A stretch of DNA of 64,000 bases, taken from positions 76,326-140,325 of the forward strand of contig CAVOKN010000017.1 of NCBI GenBank assembly GCA_963696505.1, written 5' to 3'. Of the stretch, positions 1 through 10,998 are shown in pieces. Below the pieces are notes generated by a model. That model worked only from the letters and a program-made list of their open reading frames with translations, ran no database searches and had not been told where the DNA came from. The stretch is from an uncultured beta proteobacterium. Lineage in GTDB: Bacteria > Pseudomonadota > Gammaproteobacteria > Burkholderiales > Rhodocyclaceae. A program made the translations under genes and the position numbers. How positions within the stretch are numbered: the stretch's first letter is position 1; each line of letters begins with the position of its first letter.

Positions 1-1693
1 CAGGTGCATGTGGATCGGATGGGCGTCAACGGTGGTGTTGTAGAACTCCCAGACCTCGGTGGCGCTAACTGTGCCGTCGGGCTGCAACGTGCGCACCACC
101 GTCTCGGTGACCGGATCCTTGAAGGTCTGCGTACCGCGCTCGTCTGCCGGGCCCATCATGGTCTGCAGGCGGCCCAATGCGTCCACGCCTTCGAACAGCA
201 TGATTTTACGCACCGGCGTGCCGGCAGGAACTTCCACCAAACCGAGGTCAGGGTTGTTCGTCGGGTCACGGCGCAGGTCGGTACGGGCAGCCACCGTCGC
301 GTTTGGCGTCGCCGAGATATTCACATTCACGTCGAAAGCCATGATGCGGTCGTTGAGGCCGGCGTCGGGCGGCAGGGCGTTCGGGTAGGGCGAGTTGGCG
401 CTATTGGTGACCACCACGCGGCTGCCGGCCGGTATGCCGGTGAAGTCCACCACCACGTCGTAACGTTCGCCCGGTCCGATCGGCAGCACGTTCGCCTCGC
501 CGGAGCGGACCGGCGGCAAGGGAAGTTCTGGGCCGTCCGGATCGACCGGTGTGTCGAGCATGGGAACAGCCGGCGCATCCAGCAGGCCCAGTTCGTTGCC
601 CACCACCAGCAGCGGAACTCGGGTCCCGGTACCCGGGACGATCGCCGCACCAGGGGCGAAGTGCTCGAAGCGCAGGTCGTAGAAGCGCGAGTCGGAACCG
701 TTGAGCAGGCGCAGGCGATACTTGCGCGGCTCGACGTTCATCTTCGGCCAGGCTTGGCCGTTGGCCAGGATCACGCGGCCGAAGAACTCCGGCAGGTGGG
801 AGTTCACAATCGGATTGCCCAGCATGTCGATGGCGCCCGAGGGATAGAACAGCTGCTTCAGCGTGGTGAACTCCCGGTCCTGGATCACGATCGGGATCTC
901 GTAGTTGCCGCTGGGCAGGACGTTCCCGGTCCTGAGGGCGTTCTCGTTGGCATCGCGCAGCATGTAGAAGCCGGCAAGGCCCATGTACACGTTGGTGCGG
1001 GTGATGCCGAGCGCGTGGTCGTGGTACCAGAGCGTGCCTGCCTCCTGGGTGTTTTCGTAGGTGTAGGCGACGCCGCCATTGAAGAGCGTGCCGGACTGCG
1101 GCGCTACCGCCCTGCGGCAGCCGCGCGGCGTCGGCGTTTCGGCACACGGAGTGCCCCAGGCGTCGGGCAGGCCATCGCTCAGATAGGCGGAGTCGCCGCC
1201 GTGCAGGTGCGCCACCAAGGGCACCGGGGTGATGCCGCCGGCGGCACCCGGATTCGCCCAGTCGAGCGTGACGTCCACCGGCATCCTGTTCGGCAGCGGC
1301 GTACCAAGGACGTTGGTCAGCGCTGTTCACGTAGCTTGACGGTGATTGGCTGGTTCGCGCTGGACCTCGAAGGTGCGGCCGGGGAAGGACGGCGCCTGGC
1401 CGGTCTTGCCGTAGCCCCAGACCCGCGTTGGCAGGTTGAGGAGGCCGGCCAGCCCCAGGTTCTGGAAGAACTCCTTCGACCTGCAGGGTATAGAGTGAGC
1501 CAGCCGGGATGTCTGGCTGCCAGATGAACGACGGCGCGAGCGGGTTGGGCAGCGTGTTCCTGAACTGCGGTACCGCCGCCGGATCGAGCACCTGCTGTGC
1601 CGCGGCGCCCTGCGCAAACAGCGCCGCCGCGGCGGCGACGGACGCCGCTGCCAGGACTGCGGCGGACTTGGCACTAGGATTCTTGTTAAGCAT
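1..1693 (-). pseudogene. Multicopper oxidase (CotA/bilirubin-oxidase-like). The C-terminus runs off the window and the N-terminal ~125 codons are interrupted by four +1 insertions.
   Basis: ATG at 1693 followed by signal peptide MLNKNPSAKSAAVLAAASVAAAAALFAQGAAA. The minus-strand frame is open from 1320 to 1 and gives the copper-site motifs VAHLHGG, WYHDHALGITRTNVYMGLAGFY and HPIHMHL. The conserved FPGRTFEVQRNQPITVKYVNSL is recovered only by skipping single bases near 1356, 1334 and 1321. The YTLQ/SKEFFQNLG junction needs a further skip near 1480. Confidence 0.8.
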
Positions 1694-1937
1694 TCTGACC
1701 CCCCAAAGGCAAAAATCAGGATTGGATGTGGGTGCGACAAACCGCCGCACGCCGCGATGCCTAAGCAACCGCCGAGCCAGACGTATCCCGGCGCATCTAT
1801 CCCTCTGGAAGGATTGAGGAAATGGTATTGGGGAAGAGGCAGTGTGCTGGCGATCGCCTCGATTCCTCACCCCAATACCGGGGATTGATCCCCAGTTTTG
1901 GGGGCACAGTGTGGGGCCAACCCATTGAAATTATTAG

Positions 1938-1978
1938 TAAAAACCCGCATTCGTCAGGTAGGGTTTGCCCTACCTGAC
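1938..1978 (-). terminator. Hairpin terminator candidate downstream of the ATP-grasp gene
   Basis: Perfect 11-bp stem gtcaggtaggg/ccctacctgac (1953-1978) starts 8 nt after the stop at 1986. On the minus strand it is followed by gaatgcgggttttta. Confidence 0.4.
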
Positions 1979-1985
1979 TGGGGAC

Positions 1986-3331
1986 TCAGCGGGATTGCGC
2001 GGGCCGCAGCGCGAGGCCGTACTCGCCCGGCCACAGCGGCGCCGGCTCCGGCCCGGCGTGGGCGGTGAAACCCAGGGTGTCGCGGATGTCGCGGTAGCGG
2101 GCGTAGAGGTCTTCCTGGCTGCGGCCGCGCAGGTTGAGCACGGCGTAGCGGTGGCTGCCCAGCCATTTCATCTCGCGGGCGAGGTCGGTGCCGTGCTTCA
2201 TGTAGAGCATCAGGTGGGCGTCGGGGTGGCGGGCATGGACGCGATCGAGTTGGTGGCGCCCGGGCACCGGATGCACCGGCCGGCCGTCGAACTTGCGGAA
2301 GATGAAGCTCGCTGCGTGGCTGTGTTCGGTCGCGACGGGTTGGCAGCGCGGCGTCTCGCCCAGCGCCAGGTCGAGCATGATGTCGTAGAGCCGGATGCCG
2401 TCCACCCATTCGTAGAGGGTGACGAACTGGGACGCCACGCGCGGGTTGATCTCGATCACGCGCAGGGTGTCGCGCCGCGGATCCCAGGCCAGCTCGACGT
2501 TGAACAGTCCATGGTCGAAGCCCACCGCCTGCATCGCGGTGCGCGCCAGGTCGGCCACCCGCAGCCGCGCCGGCTCCGGCAGCGAGCTGGGGTATTCGAA
2601 GCGGTTGAAGGCCATGGTGCCGGGGTACATCACCTCGTCGACGATGCCCAGGATGCGAAATTCGCCGCGGCAGGCGTATCCGTCGACGTTCAACTGCATG
2701 CCTTCGACCAGGCCCTCGGCGACCAGGTGATGGGCGTCGATCTCGAAGCGCGGATGCTCCTTCAGCACGTCGTTGAAGGGGCGCACCAGCCGCTTGATGA
2801 TGTGCTGCTCGAAGGGCTTGAAGTGCAAGTGGTGGCGCAGCTCAGCGAAGCTGTTGACGCGCCGCGCCAGCACCGAGAAGGTCGCCTTCACCGGCTTGAC
2901 GAAGAATGGAAAGGGCAGCGGCACCTGCTCGGGGCGGGACACGGTGTAGGGGAAGGCGCCGAAAGCCGGATTCGCATCTGGCGCTACGCGGCCGATCGCC
3001 ACCCGTGCGCTAGTACTTGTGCTGGGCGACGAGGATGGCTTCGGGGTCGGGGCCGGGCAGCCCCAGCCGCTGCGCCACCAGCGCCGCCACCAGGATGCCG
3101 AACTGCTCGTGGGGGCTGATCACTCCGGCGACCCCGAGGTGGCGCGCCAGCTTGACCATCCGGTCAACGTAACGCCGGATGTCGAAGGCGAGCAGGCTGC
3201 GCGTTTTCGGGGAACTGGAAGAGGTCGAAGCCGCGGTGGATGAATTCGAAGCGGTGGTTCAGCGCCGGGTCGGCCAGCGCCAGGCGGTCCCATTCCTGGG
3301 CGAAGAGGACGAGGATGCGGGTTCTTGCCAT
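1986..3331 (-). pseudogene. ATP-grasp domain enzyme (carboxylate-amine ligase-like) with two +1 frameshifts
   Basis: ATG at 3331 (MARTRILVLFAQEWDRLALADP...). The protein continues in a second frame (LLAFDIRRYVDRMVKLARHLGVAGVISPHEQFGILVAALVAQRLGLPGP). It then continues in ORF 1986-3002 (FFVKPVKATFSV, RVIEINPRVASQF). The span is 1346 nt = 3n+2, and the shifts lie near 3197 and 3012. Confidence 0.75.
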
Positions 3332-3454
3332 GTTCGTTTTTTGTTGCGCGGCCGGTTGGCCTTGGTTTTCTCCCTGCTTGCGCCGACTGCCCTCACCCCG
3401 GGCCTCCCCCGTGGGAAGAGAGGGAAGCCTCGGCGGAGCAGGCTGCTGCGCCGT

Positions 3455-4081
3455 TCAGCCTTTCGCTCGTCCCCAGCCGATGTAGCCGGTGCCGAACAGC
3501 ACCGGCTGCCAGGCAAAGTCAGGCAGGTAGCTTAGCAGCCGGCTCCATGGCTGCTCCAGGCCGTCGAAGGTGCTCATGTAGGGTCTGGCCTGGGCGCGGA
3601 CAACCGGCCGCAGCGGCGCCAGCCACCACGGAGGGTACTTCATTCCCGCGACGGCGACCCGCGCGCCCGGCCGGGCAGCGGCAAAAATCCGCGCCAGCGC
3701 GGCCGGCGAGCGCAGCACGTCGTGGGTGAAGTTGAACAGGATCGCGTCCAGCGGAAAGGTGATCTCGGCGCTCTCCATCGCCGACTCGATCAGGGTGACA
3801 TTGCTCCAGCCCTCGCGCCGGCAGCGTTCGCGCGCCAGCGCCAGCATGTCGGGGCTCAGCTCCACGCCGACGATCTGTCCGCCGGGGCCTATTCCGTCTT
3901 CAAGCAGCGGGAAGGAAAGCCCCGTGCCGCAGGCCACGTCGAGCACCCGGTCCCCCGGTTGCAGGCCGAGCCTGGCGACGGTACGGCGGCGCAGGGGCAT
4001 GGTGCGCCGTGCCGAGGCATCGTAGCCGGGGGCATGGTCGCGGTAGCGTTCGAGAGCCAGCTTCGGGTCGGGGGCGGACAT
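3455..4081 (-). CDS. Class I SAM-dependent methyltransferase
   Basis: Intact 208-aa ORF with SAM-binding motif I VLDVACGTGLS and post-I IVGVELSPDML. Confidence 0.8.
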   Translation of the reverse strand: MSAPDPKLALERYRDHAPGYDASARRTMPLRRRTVARLGLQPGDRVLDVACGTGLSFPLLEDGIGPGGQIVGVELSPDMLALARERCRREGWSNVTLIESAMESAEITFPLDAILFNFTHDVLRSPAALARIFAAARPGARVAVAGMKYPPWWLAPLRPVVRAQARPYMSTFDGLEQPWSRLLSYLPDFAWQPVLFGTGYIGWGRAKG

Positions 4082-4197
4082 GGGCGCTCAGCTCGGTTGC
4101 CGACAGTCTGCCAGCGAACGCGGGATGCAGGTCAGATCGCTTCCGCTCCCCCGGACGGCGGGGAGGAGTGAGCCGGCTGGCCCATTGCGCTGGCAGG

Positions 4198-4335
4198 CGC
4201 CCCCTCACCCTGCCCTCTCCCCCGATTGCGGGGGAGAGGGAACTGCGCCGCTCCCTCGCCCCGCTTGCTGGGAGAGGGCCGGACTGCTTTTCTCCCTCGC
4301 CCCGCTTGCGGGGAGAGGGCCGGGGTGAGGGGCGC
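4198..4335. repeat. Composite REP-like palindromic element
   Basis: Outer 13-bp inverted repeat gcgcccctcaccc / gggtgaggggcgc encloses three GC-rich hairpins: ccctctccccc-gattgc-gggggagaggg and two copies of ctccctcgccccgcttgc(t/g)gggagaggg. A related fragment ccctcaccccgggcctccccc lies at about 3386. Confidence 0.6.
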
Positions 4336-4347
4336 TTGCTCTTCGGC

Positions 4348-4914
4348 TCAGTCGCGGAACGCTTCCACCGGGATCAGGATCTTGATGTCGTCGCCTACGC
4401 CCGGCAGATACTTGGTCATGCCGAATTCGGAGCGCTTGATGCTGGTGGTGACGTCGGCGCCGCAGGTGTGCTTCTTGGCGATGGGGTGTTCGCCGCAGCG
4501 GAAGTTGGCCACGCTCAGCTTCACCGGCTTGGTCACACCCAGCAGTGTGAAGTCGCCTTCGGCGGCCACCGGCTTGTCGCCGTCGAAGCTCACCTTGGTG
4601 GACTTGAAGCTCATGGTCGGGAATTTGGCGGTGTTGAAGAAATCCTCCGAGCGCATGTGCTCGTCCCACTTGTCGAGGCCCATGTCGATGGAGGCGGTGT
4701 CGATCGCCACGTCGATGCTGGCGGACTTGGCGGCGGTGTCGATAGTGACCTTGCCGCTCGCCTTGTTGAAGCGTCCGCGCTGGGTCGAGAAGCCCAGGTG
4801 GTTCACTTCGAACACCGGGAAGGTGTGGCGCACGTCGAGGGTGTAGGACTCGGGGGCAGCCAGGGCGGCCTGGGCCAGGGTGGCGGCAACGACGGCAACA
4901 GCGATGGTCTTCAT
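4348..4914 (-). CDS. YceI-family periplasmic polyisoprenoid-binding protein
   Basis: Start MKTIAVAVVAATLAQAALAAP preceded by aggaga SD. YceI-like pattern YTLDVRHTFPVFEVNHLGFSTQRGRF, TAKFPTMSF, GDFTLLGVTKPV. Confidence 0.85.
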   Translation of the reverse strand: MKTIAVAVVAATLAQAALAAPESYTLDVRHTFPVFEVNHLGFSTQRGRFNKASGKVTIDTAAKSASIDVAIDTASIDMGLDKWDEHMRSEDFFNTAKFPTMSFKSTKVSFDGDKPVAAEGDFTLLGVTKPVKLSVANFRCGEHPIAKKHTCGADVTTSIKRSEFGMTKYLPGVGDDIKILIPVEAFRD

Positions 4915-4976
4915 GGGTGCATCTCCTCTCAGGGTTGGAACGGGGACTCGAAACAGCGCGCGCTGCGGGCGCGCAA

Positions 4977-5555
4977 TCACTTGGCGGCGGCTGCGCCGGC
5001 AGCCACCGTCAATTTGAACTTGACCTGCACTTCGTCGGCGACGGTGTCGGTGTCGCCCCAGGGCCCGGCGCCGATGCCGAACTCCAGGCGCTTGATGGCG
5101 AAGCTGCCTTCGAACAGCCCGCCGGCGCCCTCCGGCTTGAAGCTCGCGGGGAATACGATGTCTTTCGACTTGCCCTTGATGGTGAGCTTGCCCGCCACCT
5201 CGTAGCGGTTGCCGCCCAGCGGCTTGAGGCCGGTGGAAGCGAAGCTCGCCTTGGGGAATTGCTGGATGTGGAACCAGTTCTTGGTCTTCGCCTCGTCGTT
5301 GGCCTCGGCGGCGCCGGCGTCGATGCTGGCCAGATCGATGTCGATCTGGGCGCTGCCGGCTTCAGGCTTGGTGGGGTCGAAGGCGACCTGGGCGCTGAAC
5401 TTGGGAAAGCGGCCTTCCACCGCCACCCCCATCTGCTTGAAGACGAAGCCGATGCGGCTCTTGTCCGGCTGCACCTGGTTGTAGACGGCGGCCACCGCCG
5501 GCAAAGCCGGAACGAGTGTGGCGGCAAGGACGAATGCAAAACGGCGCAGGAACAT
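4977..5555 (-). CDS. YceI-family protein (second paralogue)
   Basis: Start MFLRRFAFVLAATLVPALPAVAA. Also SRIGFVFKQMGVAVEGRFPKF and GKLTIKGKSKDIVFP. The upstream part of ORF 4977-5708 overlaps the cytochrome gene and is not coding. Confidence 0.85.
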   Translation of the reverse strand: MFLRRFAFVLAATLVPALPAVAAVYNQVQPDKSRIGFVFKQMGVAVEGRFPKFSAQVAFDPTKPEAGSAQIDIDLASIDAGAAEANDEAKTKNWFHIQQFPKASFASTGLKPLGGNRYEVAGKLTIKGKSKDIVFPASFKPEGAGGLFEGSFAIKRLEFGIGAGPWGDTDTVADEVQVKFKLTVAAGAAAAK

Positions 5556-5574
5556 GATGCCTCCCGGTCTGTGG

Positions 5575-6123
5575 TCAGGGTTTGCGCGAGAGAAAGGGCA
5601 GCATGCGGGCCAGCACGCTGTCGCGATCGATGAGGTGGTGCTTGAGGGCGGCGCCGACGTGCATCGACACCAGCCCCGCCATCGTGTAGTTGAGGAACAT
5701 GTGGACAAACTTGAGGCTCTCGCCGAGTTCCTTGTTCTTCTCCAGCAGATCGGGAATCGGCAGCACGCCGAAATAGACGGTCTGGAAGCCGAGGGCAGAA
5801 CTCATCAGCCATCCCGAGATAGGCACGGCCAGGATCAGCAGATAGAGGAGCAGGTGGGTGGCGTTGCCCACCGCCTGCTGCCAGCGCGGCACCGAATCGG
5901 GCAGCGGCGGCGCAGGATGGGTCGCGCGCCACAGCACGCGGAGCAGCGCTAGCACGAACACCGTGACGCCCGCCCACTTGTGGTACGAGTAGATCTTGAG
6001 CTTGGTGGGAGACAGCGCCAGATCGACCATGTACAGGCCCACCGGAAACGACGCCAGGATGATCAGCGCAATCAGCCAGTGCAGGGCGATCGCGGTTCCC
6101 GTGTAGCTGTCGGTGGCCTTCAT
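5575..6123 (-). CDS. Cytochrome b561 family protein
   Basis: 182 aa with four hydrophobic helices. N-terminal TAIALHWLIALIIL and later HKWAGVTVFVLALLRVLWR, typical of CybB-like proteins. Confidence 0.85.
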   Translation of the reverse strand: MKATDSYTGTAIALHWLIALIILASFPVGLYMVDLALSPTKLKIYSYHKWAGVTVFVLALLRVLWRATHPAPPLPDSVPRWQQAVGNATHLLLYLLILAVPISGWLMSSALGFQTVYFGVLPIPDLLEKNKELGESLKFVHMFLNYTMAGLVSMHVGAALKHHLIDRDSVLARMLPFLSRKP

Positions 6124-6617
6124 CGGGTCTCTCCCTCCATAGCCGTACTCCGGCGGCTGACTTTCGCGCCCCGCGGCAGCCCCCGAGCCTCGCTCAGGGA
6201 CAGCCGCAGCCGGCGCAGCAGACTTTCGAGTTCATTCAACTGCTCGTTCTCCAGCCCACCGAAGCCGTGGCGAAGGTGGGCGAGGTGCTCCGGAAAGATC
6301 CGCTCGAACAAGGCCGCGCCCTCCGCCGTGAGCTGCACGATCTGGCTGCGGCGGTCGACGCTGGAGGCCACCCGCCGCACCAGCCCGCGATCACCGAGGC
6401 GATCCACCACGCCGGTCAACGTGCCCTTGGTGATCAGGGTGCGCTCGCCCAGTTCTTTGAAGCTCATGCCCTCGGTGTTGCCCAGGGTGGCGACGATGTC
6501 GAACTGCGGCGGGGTAAGGCCCACGGCCCGGATGTGGGCGGCGGAAAATCCCTCGAACGCCTGGTAGCAGCGCGCCAGTTCCCGCAGGGTGGACATGAAG
6601 GCTTCCCGAGTCATCAC
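6120..6617 (-). CDS. MarR-family transcriptional regulator
   Basis: 165 aa with winged-HTH segment LTPPQFDIVATLGNTEGMSFKELGERTLITKGTLTGVVDRLGDRGLVRRVASSVDRR. It overlaps the cytochrome b561 start, which suggests one operon. Confidence 0.85.
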   Translation of the reverse strand: MMTREAFMSTLRELARCYQAFEGFSAAHIRAVGLTPPQFDIVATLGNTEGMSFKELGERTLITKGTLTGVVDRLGDRGLVRRVASSVDRRSQIVQLTAEGAALFERIFPEHLAHLRHGFGGLENEQLNELESLLRRLRLSLSEARGLPRGAKVSRRSTAMEGETR

Positions 6618-6638
6618 TTGCGAAGGCTGTTGGACAGG

Positions 6639-6675
6639 TAGTTCTAACTAGGACCATATTAGTTCTAGCTAGGAC
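6639..6675. promoter_or_regulatory. Candidate MarR operator (two 16-nt repeats, each internally palindromic)
   Basis: tagttctaactaggac (6639-6654) and tagttctagctaggac (6660-6675) are identical at 15 of 16 positions. They lie 21 bp start to start, immediately upstream of the marR start. The core AGTTCTAGCTAGGACT is a near-perfect palindrome. Confidence 0.35.
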
Positions 6676-6719
6676 TAACTGTCAAGCAGAAAGGTCCGTC
6701 CTGCGGGTTTGCGGCGGGC

Positions 6720-6980
6720 TCAGGGCAGTTTTTCGGTGTCGCGCGCGGCCAGCCGTGCTTCGAGCTCGGCGATGCGTGTCTCCAGGGCAGCGAGCTTGTC
6801 CCGGGCGCGGGCCAGCACTTCGCGCTGGACGTCGAACTCCTCGCGGGTCACCAGGTCGAGGCGAGCGAACATGCTCGCCAGCATGGTCTTCGAGTTCTTC
6901 TCGAAATCCTTGGCCGGGCTGGCAGCGAACAGATCGGACATGCGCTTGCTGATTTCGTCCAGCAGGTTGGGATTGAGCAT
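6720..6980 (-). CDS. ubiK: UbiK/YqiC (BMFP) family accessory protein
   Basis: MLNPNLLDEISKRMSDLFAASPAKDFEKNSKTMLASMFARLDLVTREEFDVQREVLARARDKLAALETRIAELEARL, a small coiled-coil protein matching the YqiC/UbiK pattern. Confidence 0.7.
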   Translation of the reverse strand: MLNPNLLDEISKRMSDLFAASPAKDFEKNSKTMLASMFARLDLVTREEFDVQREVLARARDKLAALETRIAELEARLAARDTEKLP

Positions 6981-7060
6981 GGCTGCCTCCTGGGGTGGGC
7001 GCAAGAGTCTAGCACAGCGCCCGGAGCCTCAACCCAACCGCGAACCGTTCCCAGTTACAA

Positions 7061-7077
7061 TGCACCAACATCGTGCG
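7061..7077. promoter_or_regulatory. NtrC-type enhancer site candidate
   Basis: TGCACCAACATCGTGCG compared with the NtrC consensus TGCACCA-N3-TGGTGCA. It lies about 120 bp upstream of the sigma-54 promoter candidate. Confidence 0.45.
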
Positions 7078-7183
7078 CAACCGACGTTCTGCTGCGACGG
7101 CTTGGTGCGCTGCAATGACGCCATTCCCCGACAGATCCTTACGAAGAGTCCTAACTACATGAAACATCGCATTTTTTCTTCAA

Positions 7184-7199
7184 TGGCACGGTTGCTGCA
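7184..7199 (+). promoter_or_regulatory. Sigma-54 (-24/-12) promoter candidate for porin-glnK-amtB
   Basis: TGGCACGgttgcTGCa has GG and GC with the canonical spacing. It lies 46 bp upstream of the ATG at 7245. Confidence 0.6.
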
Positions 7200-7244
7200 G
7201 GGAGCGACTCGGCATCTCGCTATCTTTCAATCAGGAGAATCAAC

Positions 7245-8033
7245 ATGCGCAAGACCCTGCTCGCTTCCGCCCTCGCCGGCACGCTCGCCCTGCCCTCACT
7301 GTCCTTCGCCCAGGCGGCCGCCGCGCCCGCCAGCCCGCATACCTTCACCGGCAACGTGGGCCTATTCAGTCAGTACGTGTTCCGCGGCCTGTCGCAGACC
7401 AACGAGGACCCCGCAATTCAGGGCGGCCTCGACTACAGCCATTCAAGCGGCCTCTACGCCGGCACTTGGGCGTCGAACATCAGTTGGCTCAGCGACGCCG
7501 GCGCCTACAGCAGTTCCAGCATGGAGTGGGACTTCTACGGCGGCTTCAAAGGCAACATCGGCAGTTCCGACTTCACGTTCGACGTGGGCTATCTCTACTA
7601 CTACTACCCCGGTGACGTGGCCCCCGGCTTCATCAAGGCCGACACCCAGGAACTGTACGGCGCGCTGGGCTGGAAGTGGCTGTCGGCGAAGTACTCCTAC
7701 AGCATCGACGACACCTTCGGCGTGCCCAACAGCGACGGCTCCTGGTACCTGGACCTGAGCGCCGCGGTGCCGATCGGCGACACCGGACTCACCATCAACG
7801 CCCACTACGGCATCCAGGAATTCGACGGCAGCACGAACAACACCTCGAACGACACCTTTGCTTCCTACAACGACTGGAAGATCGGCGTCACCTACGCGCT
7901 GCCTCAGGGCTTCACCGTCGGCGCCTTCTACACCGACACCGACATGGATTCCACCCAGGAAGCTTTCTACACGATCAACGGCAAATTCATCGGCGACAGC
8001 CAGGGAGTCGTGTTCGTTCAGAAGACCTTCTGA
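7245..8033 (+). CDS. TorF-family putative outer-membrane porin
   Basis: Signal peptide ending SFAQAAA. Hallmark GNVGLFSQYVFRGLSQTNEDPAIQGGLDYSHSSGLYAGTWASNISW and a C-terminal F. This family is commonly found upstream of glnK-amtB. Confidence 0.8.
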   Translation: MRKTLLASALAGTLALPSLSFAQAAAAPASPHTFTGNVGLFSQYVFRGLSQTNEDPAIQGGLDYSHSSGLYAGTWASNISWLSDAGAYSSSSMEWDFYGGFKGNIGSSDFTFDVGYLYYYYPGDVAPGFIKADTQELYGALGWKWLSAKYSYSIDDTFGVPNSDGSWYLDLSAAVPIGDTGLTINAHYGIQEFDGSTNNTSNDTFASYNDWKIGVTYALPQGFTVGAFYTDTDMDSTQEAFYTINGKFIGDSQGVVFVQKTF

Positions 8034-9959
<1,926 letters not shown>

Positions 9960-9986
9960 TCCATCTCACTCCTCTTGAGACTCGTT

Positions 9987-10013
9987 CGGGCGCCTGCGGG
10001 CGCCCGTTTTTTT
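9987..10013 (+). terminator. Rho-independent terminator after amtB
   Basis: cgggcgcc-tgc-gggcgcccg stem followed by ttttttt. Confidence 0.75.
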
Positions 10014-10138
10014 CATTCAAACAGCTTATGCCCCTTGTGAAACATTTGCTTCAACTATTTGGGGTAAGCTGCTATAGAGAATAGTGAAAATGCTCGTCCA
10101 TTGCAGGCGGGCGCATCGAGATCCTAAGGAGGGGAAAA

Positions 10139-10282
10139 TTGGCCAGACTTACAGGAAGCTTGTTTGCCGTCGCTACCGTCGCGGCATTCGCCGCTCAGTT
10201 GCCGACACCCTATGTGCTGGCGGCCGCCGGGCTCGCCGCGGTGGCCTACGCGTTGCGGGCGCGCGATTCGGTGCAGCGCTGA
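10139..10282 (+). CDS. Possible 47-aa hydrophobic peptide
   Basis: Strong SD taaggagggg 4 nt before a TTG start. Product (M)ARLTGSLFAVATVAAFAAQLPTPYVLAAAGLAAVAYALRARDSVQR. It is below the ORF-track size cut-off and I recognise no homology. Confidence 0.3.
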   Translation: MARLTGSLFAVATVAAFAAQLPTPYVLAAAGLAAVAYALRARDSVQR

Positions 10283-10571
10283 GTTCGCTCGGACGGCCAG
10301 CGGGACAGGCAGCAAACCGAGCGGAAACCGGGCCCGTGCGGGCCCCGACAGCAGGTGAGAAATCAGGCTTCGGCCGGCCGGGAAGCGCTCAAGCCCTACC
10401 GTCAACCGCGATGCCGATGGGCGTGGCGGCGTTGCGGGTCAGGCGGCCCGACCAGGACGATCTTCAGGATGGGGCGCCCGCGGGTTCCGATGACAGCGAC
10501 GGACGCCTGTTCCGGCAAGGTGCCAGCGCCTGCCCGGGCAGCACCCAGACCGGTCGCGGGCTGCGGAGCGT

Positions 10572-10781
10572 TCATGCAGTGCGGGCTAACAACACGTCAT
10601 CCGACCCCACGGGCGCATCGGCTGCTGCCGTCTCGGCCAGTTCCCAGCCCATCACGAATCCCAGATGGTAGCGGCTGGCAATGCTGCCGGTTCTGCACAG
10701 TGTCTCAACGCGCGCCTCGGAATGGCGCGTCGCGGACTCGCCGGTCTCTGTTTCGACGGACCTTCCTGCGAACACATTCAT
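10572..10781 (-). CDS. Hypothetical 69-aa protein downstream of the response regulator
   Basis: aaaggaga SD 4 nt before the ATG. Product MNVFAGRSVETETGESATRHSEARVETLCRTGSIASRYHLGFVMGWELAETAAADAPVGSDDVLLARTA. No family recognised. Confidence 0.35.
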   Translation of the reverse strand: MNVFAGRSVETETGESATRHSEARVETLCRTGSIASRYHLGFVMGWELAETAAADAPVGSDDVLLARTA

Positions 10782-10998
10782 GGCATCTCCTTTGATCAGC
10801 TTCGATCTCCAGCCTCGGTGGCGGAGGTCTCGTCGCGCCTGCAATTCAACCGAGAAAGGCAGTTCACGACCCAACGCAAAGCTGCGAAGCCTCACGCCGC
10901 AGTGCAGTATCTGACCGCCCCGGGTCGGGGTATATACGTGCGAGCACCTATGCAGTGCCTGGCGAGGGAATGTCGGGGAGAGCGATGTGCCCCCGAGT

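Noticed and set aside
4-1527. 507-aa plus-strand ORF covering the start of the window
   Set aside because: It is antisense to a multicopper oxidase with clear copper-site motifs. Its Arg/Gly/Ala/Val-rich composition is typical of high-GC shadow frames.
4198-4335. The repeat array as a possible CRISPR
   Set aside because: The units are themselves palindromic and are nearly contiguous, without unique spacers of regular length. No cas genes are nearby.
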